DNA of 64,000 nucleotides from an uncultured Anaerolineales bacterium (GTDB lineage: Bacteria; Planctomycetota; Phycisphaerae; FEN-1346): positions 16,001-80,000 of the forward strand of contig CAZIJC010000002.1 in the NCBI GenBank assembly GCA_964539385.1, in the 5' to 3' direction. The notes below the pieces were generated by a model. That model was not told the DNA's origin, made no database searches, and saw only the letters and a program-made list of their open reading frames with translations. Shown one piece after another: positions 37,501-47,500 of the stretch. The position numbers were made by a program, and so were the translations under genes. Each line of letters begins with the position of its first letter. The first letter of the stretch is position 1.

Positions 37501-39343
37501 GGTCATCGTCGAGGCGCGCGAGGGCCTCGAGCCGCTGAGTCGCCAGCAGAAGGAGTGGGCGGCCGTGGCCCGGATGCTGCGCGGCGGCATGACGCAGGCG
37601 TTCATCGTGTCGCCCGGGGCCGAGGCGCCGCGCCTGGCGTTCAGCACGAAAGAGCGGGAGACCGTGGAGACCGTCGAAGCGAAGATCGGCCTGGCCCAGA
37701 CGGTCCTGGTTTTCGACTCGAGCGGCGCCTACCGGGCCGAACAGACGTATCGCATCGACAACCGGACCGAACAGTTCCTCGAGATCGAACTGCCGGAGGC
37801 GGCCGCCCTGTGGACCGCCGTCGTGGCCGGCCTGCCGGTCAAGCCGACGCTCATGGACGATGCGCGGCGCGTGCGCATCCCGATCGTCAAGACCGCCGAG
37901 GGCGACCTCGATTACGCGGTCATCCTGAAGTACGGAGGCAGCATCGACGACCTCGGCGCGCTGCGTGTGTCGGTCGCGTTTCCGCTCATCCGTCCGGTTA
38001 ACATCAACGCGGAACTCAGCCAGGTGCAGGTGTACCTGCCCGAGACGCACGCCTGGTTCTGGTTCCGTGGAACGATGAGCCGGGTGACGGAAGAGGGCAC
38101 CCTCCAGGCGGGCGTCCTGGCGTACAAGAACAAACTGGCCGGCCGCCTGATGCAGACGCTGCGGTCCGACAACCCGTTTGCCCAGACGCGAGCGAAGACG
38201 AACCTTTTCCAGATTTCTCGCGATATCAAGACGCACAAGCAATCGCTGGGACAGAAGTACTACGGAAACGAGGCGCTGCAATCGGAACTGTCGAACGCGG
38301 GCGTGGTCCTCAAGAACGTCGACAAGGAGATCCAGGCCCAGGAGCAGGCCCAGCAGGTGGACGCCGACTTCAACAACGATCTGATAAGGCAAGCGTACGG
38401 AGAGCAGCACAATCGCCGGGCGCGGAACCTCGTCCAGGACCTCGGCCCCAACTGGAAGGCGCAGCCGCAGCAGACGGGTGCCCGGCCGGCCGACCAGTTC
38501 GACTTCAACGACGCCTGGCTGGCCGAGAACCGGCTCGGCAACAAGGAGGCCGAAGCGCGGCAGAAGAAGGGCGCCGCACGGTTCCAGCTGGGTGGACAAC
38601 AGGGCGCTGCGGTGCAGCAGCCGGTCCCGGGGCCGCAGTCGCAGGCCGCAGGACAGATGTTCCAGAGGTTCGCCGGAAAAGACTTGGCCGACCGGCAGGG
38701 GCAGCAAGCCGCCAGGCAGCAGCAGCGCCGCCTCAGCCAGAGCGAGGTCGTCGAGCGGTACCAGCAAAAACTCCAGCAACGGGCCGAACTGGAGAAGAAG
38801 CAACTCAGCGTGAGAGGCACGGGCACGACCGTAGACGGGATCCGCAGCGGGGCGGCCGACGCTGACGCAATATTCCAGTTTGACGTGTATTTGGGGGGGA
38901 AGCAACGTGAGAGGGGGGAAGCATTCAGCCACACCATTCCTGTGGGTGGGCACCCGTGGGTTGCCAGGGCGGGTGAGGTCCCAGCAGGCCTTGCCAGCCT
39001 GGACGTCGAACTGCCGCGCCGCGGCACGCTGTTCCAGTTCACCATGCCGCGCGGTGAGGCCGAGATCACGGCCCGGTCGGCGTCGATGCCGCTCATTGAG
39101 GGCCTGGAGCGCGTGGCCGGTGTGGTGGTGCTCGTCGTGGTGATCGTGCTGGTGCGGCGATGGCTGCGCGGCCGCGAGATCGGTCTGAAAACCCAGAGCA
39201 CGATCGCGACGGTGCTGATTATCCTGGGCGTAGTCGGCATTGCACTGGGTATCTTCCCGGTGGCGGGCCTGCTGGCGCTGGCTGTCGGCGTCGGCGTGAA
39301 GATCAAGTTGTTCTTCGCCCGCCGCAGGCCGGCAGCGGCGTAG
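31499..39343 (+). CDS. giant protein (about 2,610 aa) made of modules 2 and 3 of the same triplicated family, with an internal TM-helix block and a C-terminal TM anchor; a Gln-rich coiled-coil region lies near the C-terminus
   Basis: It has a signal peptide (MRNTIPILLLALAALTAPAAA). Module 2 has the motif LLVPFEDLSVLLEGDPNRVLLSRDEYEALLEKA and ends in FQSLGTEPRLTLTVVDAGRMEALAWALALAVLVVGLAL...LMLVNGAFYAACLLILYYLVAG...MVLAIAAGVLLAG. Module 3 restarts with AIILPYDPASKTGIQDADRLLVPYARYVELWNQAYPEK and ends in FQFTMPRGEAEI...GVVVLVVVIVLV...VLIILGVVGIALGIFPVAGLLALAVGVGV. The start overlaps the module-1 stop (gATGcgTAA). Confidence 0.6.
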   Translation: MRNTIPILLLALAALTAPAAAVNKPPPANLQSQISNLRSEIRDPKSEKTVRELLVPFEDLSVLLEGDPNRVLLSRDEYEALLEKAKKQAEARAPRQALLVSADYQAKAGDERAEIAGTLTVSVLEDGLHAVGLDVGGVGLRGATLDGKGAPVGLSDDGRLTLFVEGKGEHKLVLDVVAPLQTTAARQILNFRLPTPAPARMRLTVPGDVEVKSGAPVVARVFDEAAEVTRIEILPQRGDVSLVMTLNSRLLRKDRIVVARSVFLDEVTQAYERLHATVSMAVLHRAVKGFRFAVPAGFEVTDVRSPNLARWAIVTESGRRILDVHLRDETTETVVLNLSAVRMKPDLGAWALAKFEPLDVVGHVAVVGLAVEDRLKAEAVSPEGLIAIDTAVLVKALPATVLEARPGAAKIRPVVAYYAPQAAFGLTARFVKPPARLRVTTNLLVILEDGGLTVRGGFALVPEQEKRFAFDFSVPAGWDVTSVTADGGGVTFERYGKPGQEGRVHVRLAQGVPAAAERQVLFTAVHVPKTWFSEWAGTAMEFPVFAVSGAARDVGAIAVDARDDMVVRPEALERLMPLDENEKTRYGLQGVAAALAYRYDAQPYRARLTVERTLPRITAQTFSFFRVERDVLAAHYEIVYDVTQARTRRLRLLLPEETPTALSIRGLGGVALKEYTSEIVGEEGSRRRRWTALLAERRSGAVRLAVDFQQRLAELEPENLALPIVEADGVAYQSGLVAVEGSPELDVVVTTGARRVDIGELVDAEYQPGRRLLGAYGFVGNTAPVAVAVARHPTLGLPPAIIQRAELATVLSADGLAQTSARFLLRTKALFLEVRLPEDSTLWSAALDGEPIKPQREAESMLLNLPAAAAGAVRDLRVVYETPVDGMAFWRGLDVPAPRLFLHAEPTAEGKEVPVADLEWQLFMPSGYRVIRAEGSVVTGQVTAPPLAVANVAGAFYAGSGGVDFDHGALGLVLMGFGGCAMKSAKEMAVGRWDSARDGADAPRDYFYGDESEEEAAKTGEDLEIAGGATLSMREKASRSARPHGAKDANRLAIRTGERRAADEAGTGAKPADKPPSVGTAPAPKTKPEPAALTPRAPPKRPVTPAKKEDAAKRKLHRAWALEGVASLKIDLVKTGEAVTFQSLGTEPRLTLTVVDAGRMEALAWALALAVLVVGLALTSRPAAAKAAYVVGVGLVATLIPVITGRIELAMLVNGAFYAACLLILYYLVAGCVRWFAGKVSGTFAPPATAAAGMVLAIAAGVLLAGGASAVADQKGAPYVIQVVPPPKPVKVPADAIILPYDPASKTGIQDADRLLVPYARYVELWNQAYPEKPIGKKKPPAPYALAGAALTATLKGEEYLLVEGHIDIDVYTDSYAVVPLPLEGGVLAKADLDGAPARLSVAETAPAPNRKKSSKPLPQSFVVLYVSGKGRHRLDLAARMRLHRRGGWRGVEGRLPVAPATALALTVPDAGTEVRLGGVPDRASYDTKAAGQTIETALGAGGSVSIQWRPKVSEGQLDRTLTAGSKAVLDVQEDSLRLVWSLHLEFRRGERDFFTVEVPGGYTVEKVEGTNIRGWEAKQAGERQEVTVTLLKPAKGSEDFTITIWRQADAGSSPVAGGEFDAPVVGVTGALRHTGQLVIRRSPLLDLRTVATSGVRRDDLPPEPKKTGGGAGATESPLGIRPQEAYRFVATPFSVRLAAAPAVAKKSATVQMIVRVAQRERSMEARATLTVRNRPLYWARFVVPPDLKVDRVLAPGTFEWALTDEAGRRVLTVYLASGVQGACPILLQGKLGEDRETLDTAVPHLEVLDVDRQQGDIVVQVDPAFEVRTEALENIERALLHRAGGWLSSDQKTLAALALHYTRPDYAGRLVLTAKKPDVTCFTVTNARVTDRSIDETILVSWTIRGAGVRDVSLVLPAWMKDARISVPLLRQKTITPVADDAASVRVHLELQDEVMGELRVLIENDRLLAGGTHDAPIPRVETGRTDRRYVALESAGRDEVIVEAREGLEPLSRQQKEWAAVARMLRGGMTQAFIVSPGAEAPRLAFSTKERETVETVEAKIGLAQTVLVFDSSGAYRAEQTYRIDNRTEQFLEIELPEAAALWTAVVAGLPVKPTLMDDARRVRIPIVKTAEGDLDYAVILKYGGSIDDLGALRVSVAFPLIRPVNINAELSQVQVYLPETHAWFWFRGTMSRVTEEGTLQAGVLAYKNKLAGRLMQTLRSDNPFAQTRAKTNLFQISRDIKTHKQSLGQKYYGNEALQSELSNAGVVLKNVDKEIQAQEQAQQVDADFNNDLIRQAYGEQHNRRARNLVQDLGPNWKAQPQQTGARPADQFDFNDAWLAENRLGNKEAEARQKKGAARFQLGGQQGAAVQQPVPGPQSQAAGQMFQRFAGKDLADRQGQQAARQQQRRLSQSEVVERYQQKLQQRAELEKKQLSVRGTGTTVDGIRSGAADADAIFQFDVYLGGKQRERGEAFSHTIPVGGHPWVARAGEVPAGLASLDVELPRRGTLFQFTMPRGEAEITARSASMPLIEGLERVAGVVVLVVVIVLVRRWLRGREIGLKTQSTIATVLIILGVVGIALGIFPVAGLLALAVGVGVKIKLFFARRRPAAA
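31582..31637 (+). repeat. eight tandem heptanucleotide units (consensus RATCYSA) inside the 5' end of the giant gene
   Basis: The units read aatctgc aatctca aatctca aatctca gatctga aatccga gatccga aatccga. They encode ..NLQSQISNLRSEIRDPKSE.. just after the signal peptide. A 7-nt period is not a multiple of 3. Confidence 0.85.
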
Positions 39344-39473
39344 CCGGGATGAGTTGAGCCGGTTCTTGCGCGCGGCGGCCGTCGCTGGCCGCCGCGCCGC
39401 TCTTTCCACGTGACAAGGCGTGCGGCCTGCCGCTACACTGGTCGGCGTCCAGAATGTGGAAAGGGGTCTGCCG

Positions 39474-39977
39474 ATGGAATGCCCGGCTTGTGGTAATACG
39501 CTGACGCAGATGACGGTGGCGGAAGTTACAGTGGATGTGTGTGAAGGCGGCTGCGGCGGCATCTGGTTCGACAACCAGGAGATCCGGAAGTTGGACGACC
39601 GGGAAGAGGCCGCCGGCGAGGCGCTGCTCGACGTCCAGCGCGACCCCAACGTCACGGTGGATCACGACGCCCAGTGGGGCTGCCCGCGCTGCGGCCACCC
39701 GGCGATGACGCGCCATTTCTACAGCCCGAAACGCGCCGTCGAAGTGGACGAGTGCCCGAGATGCGGTGGTGTCTGGCTCGACGCGGGCGAACTGGCCACC
39801 ATCCGCACCCAGTACGAGAGCGGCGAGGCGCGCCGGGCCGCCCATCGCGAGTTCGCCCAAAGCCTCTACAACGAGCAACTGGCCGGGATGCAGCCGGAAC
39901 GTGCCCCCGTCTCGGCCGAGACGGACGAGGGGGCCGGGCCGACGGAGATGCTCCGCCGCCTGCTCCATTTCATCTGA
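39474..39977 (+). CDS. double zinc-ribbon protein (zf-TFIIB-like / DUF-type Zn-ribbon x2)
   Basis: Two repeats of CPxCG...(GG)(I/V)W(F/L)D..E(I/L) are present: MECPACGNTL...CEGGCGGIWFDNQEIRKLDD and CPRCGHPAMT...CPRCGGVWLDAGELATI. This is the pfam zf-TFIIB-like pattern. Confidence 0.65.
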   Translation: MECPACGNTLTQMTVAEVTVDVCEGGCGGIWFDNQEIRKLDDREEAAGEALLDVQRDPNVTVDHDAQWGCPRCGHPAMTRHFYSPKRAVEVDECPRCGGVWLDAGELATIRTQYESGEARRAAHREFAQSLYNEQLAGMQPERAPVSAETDEGAGPTEMLRRLLHFI

Positions 39978-40209
39978 CGCGGGTTTCTGAAACCGTCAAC
40001 CTGCCAACGGCAGGGCTCGGCGTCCAATCACGTCGCCGTACCGGCGACGGCTCAACGCGGTCCGGCCCCTGCGGGCGGTGCCCAGACCGGAGCACTAAAA
40101 AAGCGGGGCTCGTCGATCCGCTTCGCGGCCGGGTGTTTCGGCAGGGGACGTCCGCCGGTCGCAAGCGGGTACGACGAGCCCGCGTCGAGATGTAAACGGT
40201 GTTCGGGTG

Positions 40210-40638
40210 TTACCTTGGGCGGTCTCCTTCACCCCGTGGGGGCCTGTCGCCATCGCCTCTGCGGCGCCTGTCCAGCCGGTCCCTGTCGCCACGCTCTCTG
40301 TCGCCCGCCCCTTCCGGCCGCATCTGCCGCATGATGGCCTGGAACACGGCCATCCGGACGGCCCTTTCGTCGTCGCCGACGACCTTCTTGACGGCATCCT
40401 GGAAATCGGCCAGGGCCTTCATCAAGCGTGCGGCGACTTCTCCCTTCATGAGTTTTGCGAGGTCGGCGCGCTGCTCTTCGCTCAACTGCGGTCTGGGCGG
40501 CCCTCTGCGCTGGCCTTCGCCGCCCGGCCTGCCCCTAGGCGGGCCTTCTCGTTCCGGCCTTTCCTCCCCGTAGGCCGTTATGGCGAGGCTCCCCGCCACG
40601 ATCACGGCCGCAAGGCTGATCAACAGAATCTTTCTCAT
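40210..40638 (-). CDS. small secreted periplasmic protein, possibly LTXXQ (Spy/CpxP-like) family, with an Arg/Gly/Asp-rich tail
   Basis: It has a signal peptide (MRKILLISLAAVIVAGSLAITAYG) and an LSEEQRADLAKLMKGEVAARLMKAL helix resembling LTXXQ motifs. The repeated RGDRDR tail is low-complexity. Confidence 0.45.
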   Translation of the reverse strand: MRKILLISLAAVIVAGSLAITAYGEERPEREGPPRGRPGGEGQRRGPPRPQLSEEQRADLAKLMKGEVAARLMKALADFQDAVKKVVGDDERAVRMAVFQAIMRQMRPEGAGDRERGDRDRLDRRRRGDGDRPPRGEGDRPR

Positions 40639-40788
40639 GTTCGCTCTCCTTTCCTTCCGCGTTTGCGGTGCACTGGATTACCGGATTCGCTCTCTGCTTC
40701 ACCAGTTCCAACGGCGAGTGCGGGGGTTTATTGCAGGAAAGTGGGCGGCTGCGCCTTTGGGTTGACGGCGGCCGGCGGGGCGGGTTTT

Positions 40789-43452
<2,664 letters not shown>

Positions 43453-43640
43453 GTAGGCCGGGGCGCACCCCGGCATCGGGTGCATGTTGTGTCCATTGTG
43501 CTAAAAAGGGCAAACGCCGTGCCACGCTCATGGGGCCGTTTTCCAGAGTCAAAGGGCCACCTGATGGTCAAGAGCGGGGATTCCCGGGAGACGTCTCTGC
43601 CATTTTGGCAGGCGGCGGGCGGCGGCTGTTGGCTCGCGTG

Positions 43641-44426
43641 TCAGCCCCCGAAGAACGACGCGAAAGAGTCTTTGCGGATGGTCGCGTACCAGGGGTCGAG
43701 CATCTCGCGCGGCGTGAAAGTGGCAAGGAGCAGGCCCTCGCCGCCGTCGGCCGTCCGGATGCCGCGCGCGTCCCAGCAGCCGGAGTTCAGCCACCGGTCG
43801 TCGGCACTCGTGTTGCACAGCAGCGTTGGTGTGGCCCATTCGGCCGCGCGGCCGGCGAAGTGAGCGGGGACGACCGTCGGCTTCGTGCCGGGGTCCGGGT
43901 CGGGCCCTGCCATGTGGGCGATGACACAGAAGGCGTCGGCGTCCTCCCTCGCGAGTTCCGCGAAGACCCGCGGGAACCGGACGTCGTAGCAGACGGCCAA
44001 GCCCAGCCGCCAGCCCGCGCACTGGGCAACGACGGGGTCGCTTCCGCTGATGAAGACCTTCTTGTCGAGCGGTGTGAGGCAGCGTTTGCGGTAGCGGACC
44101 TCGGCCGAGGTGTTGCCGCAGGCGAGCGCGTCGTTCGTGGCGGAGTCCTCGGCGGGGCCGGCCGTTCCGAGGATGAGCGCAAGGCCGGCCTCGCGGGCAT
44201 AGGCGGCCAGTTGGCGCTCGGCCCCGCGGACCTCATCCCAGTTGATATCGGCCAAGTCCTCGCGCGCCGCGCTCGGGTAGCCGGTCAGCGCGCATTCCGG
44301 CGTAAGAAGCAGCCGCGCGCCTGCATCGCGGGCCTCGGCGATGCCCTTGGTGATACGGGCGCGGTTTTCGGCGACCGAGTCCGTTACCGTGAAACTCCAA
44401 CACGCGGCGGTTAGTGCTTTGGCCAT
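43641..44426 (-). CDS. carbon-nitrogen hydrolase (nitrilase superfamily) protein
   Basis: It has a catalytic Glu region (LLLTPECALTGY), a Lys region (RKRCLTPLDKKVF), and the Cys nucleophile (WRLGLAVCYDVRFP). It is about 261 aa from ATG 44426. Confidence 0.8.
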   Translation of the reverse strand: MAKALTAACWSFTVTDSVAENRARITKGIAEARDAGARLLLTPECALTGYPSAAREDLADINWDEVRGAERQLAAYAREAGLALILGTAGPAEDSATNDALACGNTSAEVRYRKRCLTPLDKKVFISGSDPVVAQCAGWRLGLAVCYDVRFPRVFAELAREDADAFCVIAHMAGPDPDPGTKPTVVPAHFAGRAAEWATPTLLCNTSADDRWLNSGCWDARGIRTADGGEGLLLATFTPREMLDPWYATIRKDSFASFFGG

Positions 44427-44507
44427 GGCGTGGTCTCTCCAAGCCCCACACAGCATAACAGAAAAAAAGGTACCTGGAACCTTTTTGGCAAGCGGCGCTT
44501 TCGTGGA

Positions 44508-44536
44508 TTGACGGATGCCGCGGCGCCGATTACAAT
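44508..44536 (+). promoter_or_regulatory. consensus sigma70-like promoter upstream of mfd (TTGACG -35, 17-nt spacer, TACAAT -10)
   Basis: The sequence ggaTTGACGgatgccgcggcgccgatTACAATgcgg lies about 20 nt upstream of the mfd ATG at 44557. Confidence 0.5.
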
Positions 44537-44556
44537 GCGGCCACAACCTGGAGTCT

Positions 44557-47500
44557 ATGGCCGAAGGCCAGAAGGTGGACATCGCGGCTACGGGCGAAGC
44601 GGTCACGGACCTGTTCGCCCGCCAGGAGGTCGTCGGCCTCGTCCGGCAGACGCTGTGCGAAGAGGGGCGGGCGAGCGTCGAAGGCCTGTGGGGATCCAGC
44701 GCGCCTGCCCTGGCCGCCGCCCTCCTTCCGGACTGTCCGTCCACGCTTCTGTATGTTGTCGCGCACATCGACTCCGTGGACGATGCCCGCGACGACTGGC
44801 GGCTGTTCGCCGGCGTTGACCCGCCCGTCTTTCCCGCCTGGGAGGCGCTGCCGACCGAGTCTGACGTCTCGGACGAAATCCTGGCCGACCGCCTGCGGGT
44901 GCTCAAGCGGCTCGCGGCGGCGCAGCCCCGAGCCCGGAGCGGAAGCGTCGAGGCACCGTCACAGGCCGGGGTGCGTGCCACGGCAAACGAAGATGCCCCG
45001 ACGCTCCCGCGTCGGGCTCGAAACGACGTAGCGCTGCCTCGCGTCCTCGTGGCGCCGATCCAGGCGATCATGCAGCCGGTTCCCTCGCCGCGTCACCTGG
45101 CCGAGAACACGCTCGAACTCACGGTCGGCGCCGAGTACAGCATGTCGCACCTGCGCCGGTGGCTGGCCGAGCGCGGGTTCCGCCCTGCGGAACTCGTCCT
45201 CGAACCCGGCCGGTACGCCGTGCGAGGTGGCATCATGGACGTGTACCCGCCGACGGCCCCGGCGCCGTACCGGCTGGAGTTCTTCGGCGACGAACTCGAG
45301 AGCCTCCGCACGTTTGACCCCTCAACGCAGCGGAGCCTCGACGACCGCGACCGCGTCGCCGTCTCGTTCATGCCGAGCGGCAAAGGCGGCCCTCTCGCCC
45401 CCGAGACCTCGACCAACCTCCTGGACTACCTGCCGCAAGGCGCATGGATCGTCTGGCAGGACCCGCTGGAGATCGCCGAAGTCGGGCGGTCGTTCGTCGC
45501 GCGGCTGGCGAGCCCCGTCGGCGTGTATGCGTTCGAGGCGGTGGTGCGCGAGAGCCGCGAGTTCGCGCGGCTCGACGTCTCGAGTTTCACCACGAGCGGC
45601 GCGAGCGACGCCTTTGCCCTTCGAACCGAGAGCCTCCCCGCCTTCAGCGGCAAGGCCGAGGCCGTAAGGGGGGAACTGGCGGACCTGGCGGCCGAGGACA
45701 CCGTGCTCCTGTTCTCGGACAACGAGGGCGAACGCGACCGCCTTGCCGAGATCGTTGACACCATGGGTCCGGAGACCAAGGGGCGCATCCGCCTCGGCGT
45801 CGGTCGCCTCGGCGCGGGCTTTCGCCTGGTGGCCGAGAACGTGGCGGTTGCCTCGAACCACGAGGTCTTTCAGCGGTACCAGACGCGGCGGCGGCTCGGG
45901 CGGCGGCTTGAAACCCGCGCCATCGACACGTGGATGGACCTGGCGCGCGGCGACCTGGTCGTCCACGTGATTCACGGCATCGGCCGGTACCTGGGCATGA
46001 AGACGCTCCGCCGCGACGCCAAGGCCCTGACCGAAATGAAAGGCGCTTTGCCCCTGCCCGGCGCGGCGGCAGCCGAGCAGACGGCCGATTACCTCCTCCT
46101 GGAGTTCCGCGACAAGGTCAAGGTGTACGTCCCGGCGTCGCAGGTGGCCCTTGTCCAGAAGTACGTGGGCGGCTTCAAGGGCAAGCCGCGCCTCTCGCGC
46201 GTGGGCGGCAAGGCGTGGGGCGAGAAGAAGCGGCGAGTCGAAGAGGCCGTCCAGAACTTCGCCATGGAACTGTTGCGCGTCCAGGCCGTCCGGGAGGCCC
46301 GGCCGGGAATCACCTACCCCTCCGACAGCCTGTGGCAGAAAGAGTTCGAGGCCGCGTTCCCGTATCCCGACACCGAAGACCAGGCGGCCGCCATGCAGGA
46401 GATCAAACGCAACATGCGCTCGCCGCGACCGATGGACCGGCTCGTGTGCGGCGACGTGGGATACGGCAAGACGGAACTGGCAATCCGGGCGGCGTTCAAG
46501 GCCGTCGAAGCCGGCAAACAGGTCGTCGTGCTCGTGCCGACCACGGTCCTGACGGCCCAGCATCTGGGAACCTTCCGCGAGCGAATGGCGGATTACCCTG
46601 TCATCATCGAGATGATGTGCCGGTTCCAGACGCGAGGGACGCAGGCCGAGATCCTCGACCGGTTCCGCAAGGGGCAGGTCGATATCCTCATCGGAACGCA
46701 CCGGCTGCTCCAGAAGGACGTCGTGCCGGCCGACCTGGGCCTCCTGATCGTGGACGAGGAGCAGCGGTTCGGCGTCGAGCACAAGGAGCGGCTCAAGCGG
46801 ATGCGGCAGACGGTGGACATCCTGACGCTGACGGCCACGCCGATCCCGCGGACGCTGCACATGTCGCTTCTGGGCATCCGCGATATCTCGAGCCTGACGA
46901 CCGCCCCCCAGGACCGGCGGGCCGTCCGGACCGAGGTGTGCCCGTGGGACGACGGGCGTATCCGCCAGGCCATCTTGCGGGAACTCGCACGCGACGGGCA
47001 GGTCTTTTTCGTCCACAACCGCGTCCGCACGATCGAGGCCGTGGCCGACCGGGTGCGGCGGCTCGTGCCGGAGGCCCGCATCGAATGGGCCCACGGCCAG
47101 ATGAAAGAGCGGGAGTTGGAGGACCGGATGCTTCGGTTCTTCGCAGGCGACGTGGACGTCCTCGTCTCGACCACCATCATCGAGTCGGGCCTCGATGTGC
47201 CGCACGCCAACACCATGTTCATCCACGACGCCGACCGGTTCGGCCTGGCCGACATGCACCAGTTGCGCGGCCGCGTGGGACGGTACAAGCACCGGGCGTA
47301 CTGTTACCTGCTCTTGCCCGAGAAGCGTCCGCCGACGCCGGCGGCGTCGAAGCGTCTGCACGCCATCGAGCAGTACGCCGAGTTGGGAGCGGGCTTTCAG
47401 ATCGCGATGCGCGACCTGGAGATCCGCGGGGCCGGCAACATCATGGGGCTCGAACAGTCCGGTCACATCTCCGCCGTCGGGTACGAGATGTACTGCCAGT

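Noticed and set aside
34481-39655. 1,724-aa ORF on the minus strand, antisense to the giant gene
   Set aside because: It lies entirely within, and opposite to, a + strand gene that has clear protein features (signal peptide, TM helices, paralogous modules). Its translation is low-complexity and Arg/Gly/Pro-rich, which is typical of shadow ORFs in 70%-GC DNA.
43453-43560. Short inverted repeat CCGGGGCGCACCCCGG just upstream of the chosen clpB start, possibly a heat-shock operator (CIRCE/HAIR)
   Set aside because: It does not match the CIRCE consensus (TTAGCACTC-N9-GAGTGCTAA). It is too short and too GC-rich to distinguish from chance in this genome. It may also lie inside the coding region if the longer clpB start at 43485 is real.
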